Shown here piece after piece: positions 30,320-40,475 of a DNA stretch of 64,000 nucleotides. Made by a program: the position numbers and the translations under genes. A model generated the notes under the pieces. That model saw only the letters and a list, made by a program, of their open reading frames with translations, was not told the DNA's origin and searched no databases. Position 1 is the stretch's first letter; each line of letters begins with the position of its first letter. Source of the stretch: Sedimentisphaerales bacterium (lineage in GTDB: Bacteria > Planctomycetota > Phycisphaerae > Sedimentisphaerales > Anaerobacaceae); contig OY970194.1 of NCBI GenBank assembly GCA_963708075.1, forward strand, positions 3,104,001-3,168,000, read 5' to 3'.

Positions 30320-31121
30320 GCTGGAGAAGAAACTCCTGTAATCCCTTCAAGTCATCGGAATTGAGCAGATCGACGCTCGCTGAGAGCAACTCCCGCCACA
30401 CCGCCTCCCTGCCGGCCGACTGCACGTCCGGCGTCGCCCAGAATCGAACGAGCCTGCCCTTGGCGTGAGCCCTCTGGACGATATCGCTCAGCTTCTGTCG
30501 CTCCTGTGGAGGCATCGGGCCATCCCCCCGCCATGTGAAATGCCTGCTCCATTGGTCGCTGATCAGGGGGATGAGATCGGCCGGAGCATCGGAATCCAGG
30601 TCGGTCAGACGGCCATCATAGCCTGCGTACCGAACGGGCTGCGACCGCATCAACTCCAGCGGCCGGTTCCCCGACACAACCACCAGGACCGCTCCATCCT
30701 TTCGTCCCTGCGAGCCAAAGATGGTCAGTATGCCCCGGTACTCCGCGAGGGTCTCGTGCAGCTTCTGATAGGTCGGCTCGGCGGCGGACTTGATATCAAC
30801 GAACAAGAGAAACCGCGAACCGCCGCGATACACACGGCCCTCATTGGCCTTGACGCGCTGCCGCAGGGGGTCCAGATAGAGCGATTGCAGTGTCCGCTCG
30901 GGCTTGATCTTATCGGCATCGTGGGCCACGCAGAGCTTGTCGCCAACGAGAAACACGTCCGCTTCCACGCTGGTGAAGCCGTGCTCCAGAGCTGTGAGCA
31001 ACGGCGGATCATGAAGATAGTCATTATGGGCATGGGCATGAAGCAGCGGGACGATGCCATCCTGCGGCGGACCGGACTGCATGAAGAGGAGCAACCCGGC
31101 AATATAGATTATCCTGACCAT
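30309..31121 (-). CDS. PI-PLC/glycerophosphodiester phosphodiesterase-like protein
   Basis: HAHNDY, SVEADVF, VAHD, VDIK, RFWATPD. The stop overlaps the ABC ATPase start. Confidence 0.8.
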   Translation of the reverse strand: MVRIIYIAGLLLFMQSGPPQDGIVPLLHAHAHNDYLHDPPLLTALEHGFTSVEADVFLVGDKLCVAHDADKIKPERTLQSLYLDPLRQRVKANEGRVYRGGSRFLLFVDIKSAAEPTYQKLHETLAEYRGILTIFGSQGRKDGAVLVVVSGNRPLELMRSQPVRYAGYDGRLTDLDSDAPADLIPLISDQWSRHFTWRGDGPMPPQERQKLSDIVQRAHAKGRLVRFWATPDVQSAGREAVWRELLSASVDLLNSDDLKGLQEFLLQHGR

Positions 31122-31393
31122 GCACGTACTCCCATCACCATGTTGCCGACAGGCCCGCCACTCTGGCGCCTCCGGCAACACGATACCCGCCCCGCTTCCC
31201 GGCGACAAGAGGCAATTCCGTGACAAAGCGCCGGCGAACTTCCGGCCCAAAAAGGATTTCTTGTGCAATATGCCGACATGGGTTGCACGTCTGTACCTGG
31301 GTCTATAGAATGGGCCGCAAGTTTCAAGTGCGACGTTGCTGCTTGAGACCTGAGACTCTGCACTTGGGACTCCAGACTCATTGGAGGTCTTCG

Positions 31394-33016
31394 ATGAATC
31401 GGTTAACGCCCCTGCGTATCATCGTCATTGCGATCCTCACTTCCGCCGCGATCTCTCCGCTGTGCCACGCCGACCTCAGAGAGACGGTGATGGTCCCCAT
31501 GCGGGACGGCATCAAGCTGGCGACGGACGTGTACGTCCCGGCAGGCGACGGCCCGTGGCCGGCCATCCTCGTCATGACGCCCTACAGCAGGAAGTCTGTC
31601 GCGTCGTTCGCCCCCGATGTCAACAAGCGGGGCTATGCGCTGGTTTCGCAGGATTTCCGGGGTCGGTTCGACTCCGAGGGCGTCGATTACCCGGTCTTCT
31701 CGCATAACGGCTGGGGCGAGCATCAGGATGGGTACGATACGGTCGAATGGATTGCCGGGCAGAAATGGTCCAATGGCAAAATTGGCGGGTTTGGCATCAG
31801 CGCCCCGGCCTGCGCCCTGAATATGACCGCGCCGAGCCGCCCACCTCACCTGACCTGCTCTTACGTTTCCGTCGCATTCTCCAGCATGTACGCGCAGAGC
31901 GCCTATCCGGGAGGGGCGTTCCTCAAGAGCCTGATCGAAGGCTGGCTCCGGGAGACCAGGCTCAATCCAAAGAATCTCGAATTGATCCGGGCCCACCCGA
32001 ACTACGACGACTACTGGAAGCAGATGGACCCGGCGCGACTGGCCTCGCAGGTGAATGTGCCGACGATGTTCGTAGGCGGCTGGTATGACATTTTCAACGC
32101 CGGCAGTATCGACAGCTTTGTTACGGTAAACAAGCAGGGCGACGTGGGAGCACGCGGCAAGTGCCGGCTGGTCATGGAGGCGTATGGCCACGGGCGGAAC
32201 GAGGACCTCGTGTTCCCCAACTCCGCACAACCCCCGGCCGCCGACGCGTGGAAGTGGTTCGACGTCTGGCTGAAGAACGACGGCAAGGGGCTCGAGGAGA
32301 TTCCCGCCGTGCAGTACTTCGTCATGGGCGATCCGGCCGACCCCAACACGCCGGGCAACAAGTGGCGAACCGCCGCAGATTGGCCTGTTCCCGCGGAGCC
32401 GATCAAGGTCTACTTCTACCCGGATAACAAGCTGCGACTCGCGCCCCCGCAGGACATGTTTGGCTCGCTCGCCTGCAAGTACGATCCGAAGAACCCCGTC
32501 CCCACCGTCGGCGGCGCAAACCTGACGATCAGTAAGGGCCCTATGGACCAGCGTTCCGTTGAGGAACGACCGGACGTGCTGCTGTTCACCTCCCCCGCTC
32601 TCGATCGGTATGTCGAGATCACCGGGCCCGTCAAGGTCAAGCTGTGGGCCTCCTCGACCGCCCCGGACACCGATTTCACCGCCAAGCTCTGCGACGTCTA
32701 TCCCGATGGCCGAAGCATGATCGTCCTCGACGGGATCCTCCGGGCCAGCCGCCGCACCTCTCTGGAGAAGGCGGAGCTCATCGAGCCCGGCAAGATCTAC
32801 GAGTTTGAGATCGACCTGTGGTCCACGAGCCTGGTGATCAGTCCGGGTCATCGAGTCCGCGTCGCCATCTCGTCGAGCAACGCCCCGCGCTTCGAGCCGA
32901 ACCCGAACACCGGCAAGCCCGCTGGCTCGGATGATAAGACCGAGGTGGCCACGAATACGATCTATATGAACGCGGATCATCCCTCGCATATCGTGCTGCC
33001 GGTGGCCGCACATTGA
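31394..33016 (+). CDS. CocE/NonD family serine hydrolase, secreted
   Basis: GGAGG RBS. Motifs MVPMRDGIKLATDVY, QDFRGRFDSEG, DGYDTVEWI, WSNGKIG..GIS, GGWYD, DTDFTAKL.DVYPDG. Confidence 0.92.
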   Translation: MNRLTPLRIIVIAILTSAAISPLCHADLRETVMVPMRDGIKLATDVYVPAGDGPWPAILVMTPYSRKSVASFAPDVNKRGYALVSQDFRGRFDSEGVDYPVFSHNGWGEHQDGYDTVEWIAGQKWSNGKIGGFGISAPACALNMTAPSRPPHLTCSYVSVAFSSMYAQSAYPGGAFLKSLIEGWLRETRLNPKNLELIRAHPNYDDYWKQMDPARLASQVNVPTMFVGGWYDIFNAGSIDSFVTVNKQGDVGARGKCRLVMEAYGHGRNEDLVFPNSAQPPAADAWKWFDVWLKNDGKGLEEIPAVQYFVMGDPADPNTPGNKWRTAADWPVPAEPIKVYFYPDNKLRLAPPQDMFGSLACKYDPKNPVPTVGGANLTISKGPMDQRSVEERPDVLLFTSPALDRYVEITGPVKVKLWASSTAPDTDFTAKLCDVYPDGRSMIVLDGILRASRRTSLEKAELIEPGKIYEFEIDLWSTSLVISPGHRVRVAISSSNAPRFEPNPNTGKPAGSDDKTEVATNTIYMNADHPSHIVLPVAAH

Positions 33017-33059
33017 GGGATGAACGCAGGGATTCACGGCATTGGGTGTGACCTCAACA

Positions 33060-34175
33060 ATGAGCGTTGAGAACAGCCGCATTGTGCTCTTCGGCGTGTG
33101 GTGTGTCATTGCTGTTCTGCTGCTGACCTCGAATCCGGTCGATGCAACGAGCAAGACCACCGTACCACTCATCCATGTGACGGACCTGTACCGGCCGCAT
33201 ATCGATCCCGACGATCATTGGGACCTGGCCTGTGTGTACGCGCTAGCCCGGCGGGGCGACGTCGATCTCAAGGCCATTGTCATTGATTATCCGCCCGCCG
33301 AGCCAAAGGGGCACAATCCCGATATCGTCGCCGTGGCGCAGATGAATCGGATCACAGGCCTGTCCGTTCCGGTAGCGGTTGGATCGCCGCATCCGATGAA
33401 GTCACGCACCGATACACAGCCGTATGCCGCCAAATCCGATCTCCAGGGTGTGCAGGTAATACTGAACGTGCTCCGCGCATCTGAGCAGCCGGCGTTGATC
33501 TTTGTCACGGGCTCCAGCCGGGATGTGGCCGTCGCGGGCAAGACGGACTCCGGTCTTTTCGCGAAGAAGTGCGCGGGGATTTACCTCAACGCCGGCACGG
33601 GCTTGCCCGACAAGAATTCATCCGGCAAACTCGAGTACAACGTCTTGCTCGATAAAGTGGCTTATGCGGCGATCTTCGATCTGCCCTGCCCCATCTACTG
33701 GCTGCCCTGCTTCGAGGGGACCGAGTCAGACGGCAGGCCTGTGGTTCGCGAGTACGCCTCCCACTACGCATTCCGTCAGGGCGAGATCCTCCCCAGTCTC
33801 TCCCAGCCGCTCAGGAACTATTTTGCTTGCATGTTCAGCCGCCGCACGACCTGCGACTGGCTCGACTACTTGTCCGGAACGCCTGACAACACTCTGCTCA
33901 CCGAGCAAAGCAACAAGGACAGGCACATGTGGTGCACCGCCGGCCTCTTCCATCTGGCCGGCTACGGTATCTCCGCCGACGGGCAAATCCAGGGACGCGA
34001 TGACGCAAGCGTCTGCACATTTGAGCCGGTGGTGGTCACGTGCGGCGAGGATGGCATACCGCGATGGCGCCAGGACCCCAACTCGAAAAGCCGGTTCATT
34101 CTTTACGTCCGCGACTTGGAACACTACCAGTCCGCCATGACCAAAGCCATGAACTCGCTGCTGGCGAGTAGGTGA
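33060..34175 (+). CDS. Secreted nucleoside hydrolase-like protein
   Basis: N-terminal TDLYRPHIDPDDHWDL acidic motif, IYLNAG, EYNV.LD and a signal peptide. The start is uncertain (TTG 33042 possible). Confidence 0.65.
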   Translation: MSVENSRIVLFGVWCVIAVLLLTSNPVDATSKTTVPLIHVTDLYRPHIDPDDHWDLACVYALARRGDVDLKAIVIDYPPAEPKGHNPDIVAVAQMNRITGLSVPVAVGSPHPMKSRTDTQPYAAKSDLQGVQVILNVLRASEQPALIFVTGSSRDVAVAGKTDSGLFAKKCAGIYLNAGTGLPDKNSSGKLEYNVLLDKVAYAAIFDLPCPIYWLPCFEGTESDGRPVVREYASHYAFRQGEILPSLSQPLRNYFACMFSRRTTCDWLDYLSGTPDNTLLTEQSNKDRHMWCTAGLFHLAGYGISADGQIQGRDDASVCTFEPVVVTCGEDGIPRWRQDPNSKSRFILYVRDLEHYQSAMTKAMNSLLASR

Positions 34176-34353
34176 AATCTGTCGCGGACCGGCCGGGACA
34201 AAAAGAAAGCGAGGCCCTCATCGAAGATCGCCTCATTCCGCTAATCGAAGGAGCCACGACGATGAGAGCCACGCTTTTGCTCGGAATCCCTGTGGGGACT
34301 TTACCGTCCGAGCACCTTAAGCCGGCCGCGTTGCCCGGCCTGACAATCCGCTA

Positions 34354-35739
34354 TTACATGTAGCCTTGGGCTACCATGGCATCGGCGACTTTGACGAAGC
34401 CCGCCGCGTTAGCGCCGCGTACGTAATCCACGCAGCCGTTCTCTTTCTCCTTGCCGTACTTGACGCAGTTCTGATGGATGGAGGTCATGATCGTCTGCAA
34501 CTGCTTGTCGACGTCGTCGCGAGAGCGCCGCATGCAGCCTCCGTTCTGGGTCATCTCCAGGCCGGACACCGCGACGCCGCCGGCGTTGGCCGCCTTGCCC
34601 GGGCCGTACAGGATTTTCGCCTCGTGGAACACATCCACGGCTTCCGGCCGACTGGGCATGTTCGCCCCTTCGCTGACGCAGTAGCAGCCATTGGCCACCA
34701 GCGTCCGGGCATCGTCCTCGCCGATTTCATTCTGCGTGGCGCTCGGAAACGCCAGGTCGCACGGCACGGACCAGGGACGTTTGCCCGGCAGGTACTGGGC
34801 ACCCTTGAAGTGCTCGGCGTACTCGCGGATGCGGCCGCGACGGACGTTCTTCAACTCCAGCACCCAGGCGAGTCTCTCAGGGCTGATGCCAGCCGTATCG
34901 ACGATCGTGCCATCCGAATCCGACATCGTGATCGGCTTGGCGCCCAGAGCATTGAGCTTCTCCACCGTGTACTGGGCCACGTTTCCGGAACCCGAGACCG
35001 TGGCGGTCTTGCCTTTGAGGCTCTCGCCTCGCGTGGACAACATTTCGTTGGCGAAGTAGACGCAGCCATAGCCGGTCGCTTCCGGGCGAAGGTTGGAGCC
35101 GCCCCAGCCCACAGCCTTGCCCGTTATGGCGCCGTTGAAGCGATGGGTCAGGCGACGATACTGGCCGAAGAGGAACCCGATTTCCCGGCCGCCCACACCG
35201 ATGTCGCCGGCAGGCACATCGATGTCCGGACCGATGTGACGGAACAGCTCGGACATGAACGACTGGCAGAACCGCATGACCTCGCCATCGCTGCGACCCT
35301 TCGGATCGAAATCGGACCCGCCCTTGGCGCCGCCCATCGGCAGCGTCGTCAGGCTGTTCTTGAACACCTGCTCGAAGGCCAGGAACTTCAACAGTCCAAG
35401 GTTGACCGACGGATGGAACCGCAGCCCGCCCTTGTACGGGCCCAGCAGGCTGTTCATGCGAATACGATAGCCCCGGTTCACCTGGACCTGCCCGCTGTCA
35501 TCCGTCCAGACCACGCGGAACATGATGACGTTCTCGGGCACCACGAGGCGCTCCAGGACCTTGGCCTCGCGATAGGCACGGTTGTTCAGCACGAGGGGCA
35601 TGACCGACTTGGCCACCTCGCTGACGGCCTGATGGAATTCCACCTCGCCGGGCGATTGGGCGATGACTCGCTCCATAAAGGCTTCCACCTGATGGTCTCC
35701 GCCCGATTGTTCTTTGATTCGTGACTTCGCGACAGTCAT
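34354..35739 (-). CDS. gdhA: NADP-specific glutamate dehydrogenase
   Basis: GPYKGGLRFHPSVN, LPMGGAKGGSDFDPKG, DVPAGDIGVGGREIG, RPEATGYG, SGSGNVAQY, PGKAANAGGVAVSGLEM. Confidence 0.97.
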   Translation of the reverse strand: MTVAKSRIKEQSGGDHQVEAFMERVIAQSPGEVEFHQAVSEVAKSVMPLVLNNRAYREAKVLERLVVPENVIMFRVVWTDDSGQVQVNRGYRIRMNSLLGPYKGGLRFHPSVNLGLLKFLAFEQVFKNSLTTLPMGGAKGGSDFDPKGRSDGEVMRFCQSFMSELFRHIGPDIDVPAGDIGVGGREIGFLFGQYRRLTHRFNGAITGKAVGWGGSNLRPEATGYGCVYFANEMLSTRGESLKGKTATVSGSGNVAQYTVEKLNALGAKPITMSDSDGTIVDTAGISPERLAWVLELKNVRRGRIREYAEHFKGAQYLPGKRPWSVPCDLAFPSATQNEIGEDDARTLVANGCYCVSEGANMPSRPEAVDVFHEAKILYGPGKAANAGGVAVSGLEMTQNGGCMRRSRDDVDKQLQTIMTSIHQNCVKYGKEKENGCVDYVRGANAAGFVKVADAMVAQGYM

Positions 35740-35820
35740 AAATTCTCCTCTAACTTCCGTAGTATCATCTCATGTCTGATGGACTTCGTCCCGATGCAGC
35801 GAGCACCGTCGGACAGCGCC

Positions 35821-36135
35821 TCAGTGTTTCCCATCACAAATTCGCTGGATGGAATCCAGATAGTGCTTCAGCAGCCAGAACTTCTCCAGGAACTCGGGCC
35901 ATCCGCACGCAGGGACGAACCCCTGCCTGGCCTCGGGGCCGATCATCCCACCGCCGGTGGTGATCTGCTTGAGCTCGCTCCACATTTCCGCCCAGACCTT
36001 GTTGGCATCCTGGGCGACCGATTCGGACACCTTCAACAGGTGCTCAAGCTGGTACAGCGGCGTGAATGGCAGCACCGTGGTTTGCTCGTCTGATAGTTCA
36101 TCGCCGTGTATCCTTCTGTGCGGCTCTGCGGTCAT
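35821..36135 (-). CDS. Hypothetical 104-aa helical protein upstream of gdhA
   Basis: GGGAG RBS, protein-like composition, co-oriented with gdhA. Confidence 0.65.
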   Translation of the reverse strand: MTAEPHRRIHGDELSDEQTTVLPFTPLYQLEHLLKVSESVAQDANKVWAEMWSELKQITTGGGMIGPEARQGFVPACGWPEFLEKFWLLKHYLDSIQRICDGKH

Positions 36136-36514
36136 GGCAATCTCCCGGTCATCACTGCGGACACCTGTAGCTCACCACCTGCGAGGTGGATGAGCACGTC
36201 TCAGCACAACAAGCAACATACGGGGCGCATTGTAGCAGAGCTGTGGTGCAACCGATCCCCAACATGACACACATGCATTCCACAGATTCTGTGTGATACT
36301 GCTCACACACATAATACACATGGATATGATAGCCGCTATGCAACCTCCGCCATGCCCCTCGTTGCCGCACGAATCGCAACTACTTACGTTATATGCACTT
36401 ACGACCATCTCGTGTCATCCAGGAAAATGTTTGCCTTTTCCGTCGTGTGCTGCCATAATGGACTTGTTCACAGAGACGTTTCGCGGATATGTGTGTATTA
36501 GATGGGTAATCGTT

Positions 36515-37594
36515 ATGGCCGATGCTCCTACACGTGCTCAACTCGCGAAGCAAGTCGATACGTTGCAGAAGCGACTCGCGGCGACGGAGGCGGAACATTC
36601 CGGCGTATGCTCGCCGTCCGAGCTCGAGATCGCCTTGCGGGAGCGGATCAAGGAACTCGATTGCCTATATACAATCTCCACATTTAGCGAAATGCATTTC
36701 CAGGCGCCGGACCGATTCCTGCAGAGCGTCGTGGATTGTCTGCCCAAGAGCTGGCAATTTCCGGAGCATGCCTGTGCGCGGATCAGTTATGCGGACAGAC
36801 AGTACATCACCCGGAATTTCGCCGAGGGCAAATGGCGGATGGCCTCCGATATTGTCGCGGAGGGCCGCCCCATCGGCGAGGTGGAGGTCTTTTATCGGAA
36901 GGTCGTTCCGACGGTGGACACAGGGCCCTTCCTCAAAGAAGAGTATGCCCTCATCCGGGCCGTCGCCGAGCGCGTCGGCAGCGTCATGATGCACATGAAG
37001 GCTCTGTCGGACCTGCGCACTGCGCACCGCGCCATCCAGAGGGAGCACCAGGCGCTCCAGGAGGCCAACATCGCTCTGCGAGCGGTCCTGTCCAGGCTCG
37101 AGGAGGAGAAGCGTGGAATCAAGGCGTCCATCGCGGCCAACATTCAAAAGGTGATCATGCCGATCGTGTTTGAGCTGGAGCTTGAGGTCACCGGCCGCCA
37201 GCGATCCTATGCCACCCTGCTGCGCAGGAGCCTCCAGGAAATCACCTCTCCCTTCCTCACGCAGATCGCCCGGGACCACGTGCAATTGACGCCCGTCGAG
37301 ATCGCCATCAGCACGATGATCCGCAACGGGCTCTCGACCAAGGAGATCGCGCAACTGCGCTGCATCTCGCCGGCCACAGTCCGACGCCACCGCGAGAACA
37401 TCCGCCGCAAGATCGGGCTGAAGAACCGCAAGGCCAATCTGGCCACGTACCTGCAAGCCTCGATTGCAGCCGAGTCTGCTCCTGTCGCGGATACGAACGC
37501 GCAGCCCACGGACATGCCCGCCGAAGAGCCGTTTTCATTCCGCGGTTTGGACACGGACGATCTACCGGTGCCAACGACGAAGCCGCACACGTAG
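36515..37594 (+). CDS. LuxR-family transcriptional regulator with a GAF-like N-terminal region
   Basis: C-terminal HTH LTPVEIAISTMIRNGLSTKEIAQLRCISPATVRRHRENIRRKIGL. N-terminal LRERIKELDCLY...WQFPE...GPFLKEE. Confidence 0.88.
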   Translation: MADAPTRAQLAKQVDTLQKRLAATEAEHSGVCSPSELEIALRERIKELDCLYTISTFSEMHFQAPDRFLQSVVDCLPKSWQFPEHACARISYADRQYITRNFAEGKWRMASDIVAEGRPIGEVEVFYRKVVPTVDTGPFLKEEYALIRAVAERVGSVMMHMKALSDLRTAHRAIQREHQALQEANIALRAVLSRLEEEKRGIKASIAANIQKVIMPIVFELELEVTGRQRSYATLLRRSLQEITSPFLTQIARDHVQLTPVEIAISTMIRNGLSTKEIAQLRCISPATVRRHRENIRRKIGLKNRKANLATYLQASIAAESAPVADTNAQPTDMPAEEPFSFRGLDTDDLPVPTTKPHT

Positions 37595-37627
37595 ATTGTC
37601 CCCTCGCCACGCCCGCCGTGAGAAGGG

Positions 37628-37975
37628 TCATTTCTTCGCATAGGGCGCAAGCTCACGTCTCAGGATGCCCACCAGAACAGGATCGCCGCGCTCATAGATG
37701 TCGGGGATATCCAGACAGATGATCTTCGCAGAATCCTGGCCGTACTTCGTCTCCAGTTCCAGTGCCATGTAGTCCTCCATGACGAAGATAAGGTCGGCCT
37801 GATCCGCCATTGCCTTCGTCACCGGCCGGGCGCACAGCGGGGATATCCCGGCGGAGTTGACTTCCACATCAAGACCGTTCTCGGCAGCCATCTTGCGGAA
37901 CACGTCTGCCGCCGTGGGGCTGCGGTTGATGTTGGCCGCGCAGACGAACAGGTAATGCCGATGTGTCTCGCTCAT
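37628..37975 (-). CDS. Low-molecular-weight protein-tyrosine phosphatase-like protein
   Basis: P-loop LFVCAANINRSPTA (CX5R), then SAG, ADLIFVME and LDIPD. Confidence 0.88.
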   Translation of the reverse strand: MSETHRHYLFVCAANINRSPTAADVFRKMAAENGLDVEVNSAGISPLCARPVTKAMADQADLIFVMEDYMALELETKYGQDSAKIICLDIPDIYERGDPVLVGILRRELAPYAKK

Positions 37976-37984
37976 ATTATCACC

Positions 37985-38017
37985 CCATCGGCAAGCTCGC
38001 GCTTGCCGCTGCCACCC
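37985..38017. repeat. Single REP unit of the GGGTGGCAGCGGCAAGC family
   Basis: CCATCGGCAAGC-TCGC-GCTTGCCGCTGCCACCC, the same family as 6371-6468. Confidence 0.75.
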
Positions 38018-38046
38018 GGCAGACACATTGACGGAAGTCGGAGGAC

Positions 38047-40005
38047 TTATCCCGCGCGGCGGTCGTAGGCCCGATAGAGCAGGTCGAGCTCCGCCTGTTT
38101 GGCGTCGTAATCCTGCTGCAGCTCTGCGAACCGGTCGGGATTGCGGTACACCTCCGCGTCGCCGAAACGCTGCTTCATGCCCTCCAGCTCATGCTCGATC
38201 CGCAGGATCATATCCTCAAGCTGATCGATGGAGTATTTATTGAATCGTTTGAGTTCCTCCGGCGTCTTTCGCTCCTGGACAGCCGGTTGGCCATCCACTT
38301 TTCGATTCTTGTCCTCCGTCTTGCGCTGCGCCTCTTGCGCTTCCCTCTGCGCCTCGACGCGCTGGTGAATGATGGAGGCGTAGACGGAATAGGCGGGCGA
38401 GGCGTTGATGAACTCGGCTTTGCCAAGCTGTCGATTGCCCAGCTCGTCGGTGCCGATCACGAGCAGCTTGTCCACGATGCGATCCAGAAAATACCGGTCG
38501 TGGCTGACGGCGATAATTGTGCCGGTGTAATCATCCAGGGCGGTTTCGAGCATCTCGCGGCTGGCGATGTCCAGATGGTTGGTCGGTTCATCCATAACCA
38601 GCACATCGGGCTCGGACAGGACAAGCTTGCAGAGCATCAGCCGGCTGCGCTGCCCGCCGCTCAATTCGCCGCAGAGCTTGAACACGTCGTCGCCGCTGAA
38701 CAGGAACGCACCGAGACGGTGGCGGACCTGTTCCGGCACAAGCTCCGGGTTGATGCTCCATACTTCGTCAAGAACGGTTCGGGCCGGGTCAAGCACATCG
38801 CCATGCTGGTCAAGGTATCCGATGCGAAGGCTCGGCCCCATGCGAATACTCCCGGCGGACGGCTCCATCTGGCCCAGGGCCATCTTCACAAGGGTCGTCT
38901 TGCCCGTACCGTTGGGGCCGGTGATGCCGAGCCGCTCGCCCCTGAGAACGTCAAACGTGAGGTTCTCAAACAGCGTCAAATCACCAAACGATTTGCCCAT
39001 TGCCTCGCAGCGAATCACGAGGTCGCTGCCGCCGTCGGTCTCGGCGAACGAGAATCGGATCGTCCTCTGCTCGACGGGCTTGTCGAGGAAATCAGGATTC
39101 TCCTTGAGCAGGCGTTTGAGGCGGATTTTGCGGCCGCGGGCCGTGCCGCGCATGCCTTCCTGGTCCTTGTTTCGAGCGATGAAATCCCGCGTGCGCTCGA
39201 TCATCTCCGCACGATGGGTGTACTCTCGCTGCTGCTGCAGACGGACGGTATCCCGGGTCTGAATGTAGTTGCTGTAGTTGCCGCTCCAGACGTGGGCCTG
39301 ACGATTCTCCACCTCGATGATCTTGCAGGCGACACGGTCGAGCAGGTACCGATCGTGGCTGATGAGGACAGCGCCTCCCCGGTAGTTGCCCAGGAATCGC
39401 TCCAGCCACTCGGTAGCTTGCAAGTCCAGATGGTTCGTCGGCTCGTCCAGCAGCAGCAGGTCGGTTTCGAGCATCAGCACCTGGGCCAGCCCCAGCCGGG
39501 ACAACTGCCCGCCGCTCAGGGCGCTGGTCTTAGCATGATGCAGCTCCGGCTCAAGACCGATAGCTGCAAGAGTCATCTGGATCCGAGTCTCGTACTCGTA
39601 CCCGCCGGCAATCTCGAATTCGTGGCAAAGCCGGTCGTACTGCCTCATTTTCGCCTGCAGCTCGGCGCCGGCGAGGCTCTCCATCTCATGCGAGGCATCA
39701 TGGATCGCCTGCTGCAAGCGGAGCAGATGCTCGACACCGGCGTGCATCTCCTCCAGGACGGTCCGCTCACCGCTGAACGTGGCCTCCTGCGGCAGGTACC
39801 CGATGCGCAGCCCCTTCTGCCGGATGACCCGGCCGATATCCGGGGTGATCTGGCCGGTGATCAGATTGAGAATGGTCGTCTTGCCCGAACCGTTGGCGCC
39901 GACCATGCCGACCTTCTCCCCCGCGTGGAGTTGAAGATCCAACCGGTCCAGCACGACCTCCGGGCCGAACGATTTATGAATGTCCTGCAATACGACGATG
40001 GCCAA
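38047..40005 (-). CDS. ABC-F family ATPase (Uup/YheS-like)
   Basis: Two NBDs (GANGSGKTT and GPNGTGKTT, each with LSGGQ and DEPTNHLD), no TM segments, C-terminal coiled coil, TTG start. Confidence 0.93.
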   Translation of the reverse strand: MAIVVLQDIHKSFGPEVVLDRLDLQLHAGEKVGMVGANGSGKTTILNLITGQITPDIGRVIRQKGLRIGYLPQEATFSGERTVLEEMHAGVEHLLRLQQAIHDASHEMESLAGAELQAKMRQYDRLCHEFEIAGGYEYETRIQMTLAAIGLEPELHHAKTSALSGGQLSRLGLAQVLMLETDLLLLDEPTNHLDLQATEWLERFLGNYRGGAVLISHDRYLLDRVACKIIEVENRQAHVWSGNYSNYIQTRDTVRLQQQREYTHRAEMIERTRDFIARNKDQEGMRGTARGRKIRLKRLLKENPDFLDKPVEQRTIRFSFAETDGGSDLVIRCEAMGKSFGDLTLFENLTFDVLRGERLGITGPNGTGKTTLVKMALGQMEPSAGSIRMGPSLRIGYLDQHGDVLDPARTVLDEVWSINPELVPEQVRHRLGAFLFSGDDVFKLCGELSGGQRSRLMLCKLVLSEPDVLVMDEPTNHLDIASREMLETALDDYTGTIIAVSHDRYFLDRIVDKLLVIGTDELGNRQLGKAEFINASPAYSVYASIIHQRVEAQREAQEAQRKTEDKNRKVDGQPAVQERKTPEELKRFNKYSIDQLEDMILRIEHELEGMKQRFGDAEVYRNPDRFAELQQDYDAKQAELDLLYRAYDRRAG

Positions 40006-40475
40006 GGACTACAGACCTTCCGTATAAGAATCTACACTGTATCGCACACACTGCGGCTATGGATCCGCACGTTGTTCGACGGCGACCAGACAATATATGC
40101 TTATGTTATCTACGCGGGCCGACGGATTCAAGTGCGCCCTTGAGGAGAGCAAGTTGACCGTTCCGAGCGGTGATGGTATCCTCGCCTTCAGCCAGGGTGG
40201 CTGCTCTCCTGTTCGGTCTTGAGCGGGGCCTGCGCCTGCGTACAGCCTCTATCAGGAGAAATGTCGCACATCGGGCATCGAAGAGACGAACAATGGACTA
40301 CCGCAGAGCCCTGAGGGTCATCAGTCCCTCGATAGTCGATCCGGCCGGAAAACTCGCTTGCAATCGCTGTCCCGTAGTGGTTTACTTCAATAATTCGCTG
40401 AGTACGAGCGTCTTATGACGCGTAAGGATGGATCGGCAGGAGACATACCATAGACATCGCATTGGAGAGCTCAAC

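Noticed and set aside
34366..35724. Long antisense ORF opposite gdhA (likewise 31403-33172, 38191-40143, 41841-43223, 12054-13634)
   Set aside because: These are shadow ORFs expected from GC-rich codon bias, with no recognisable motifs.
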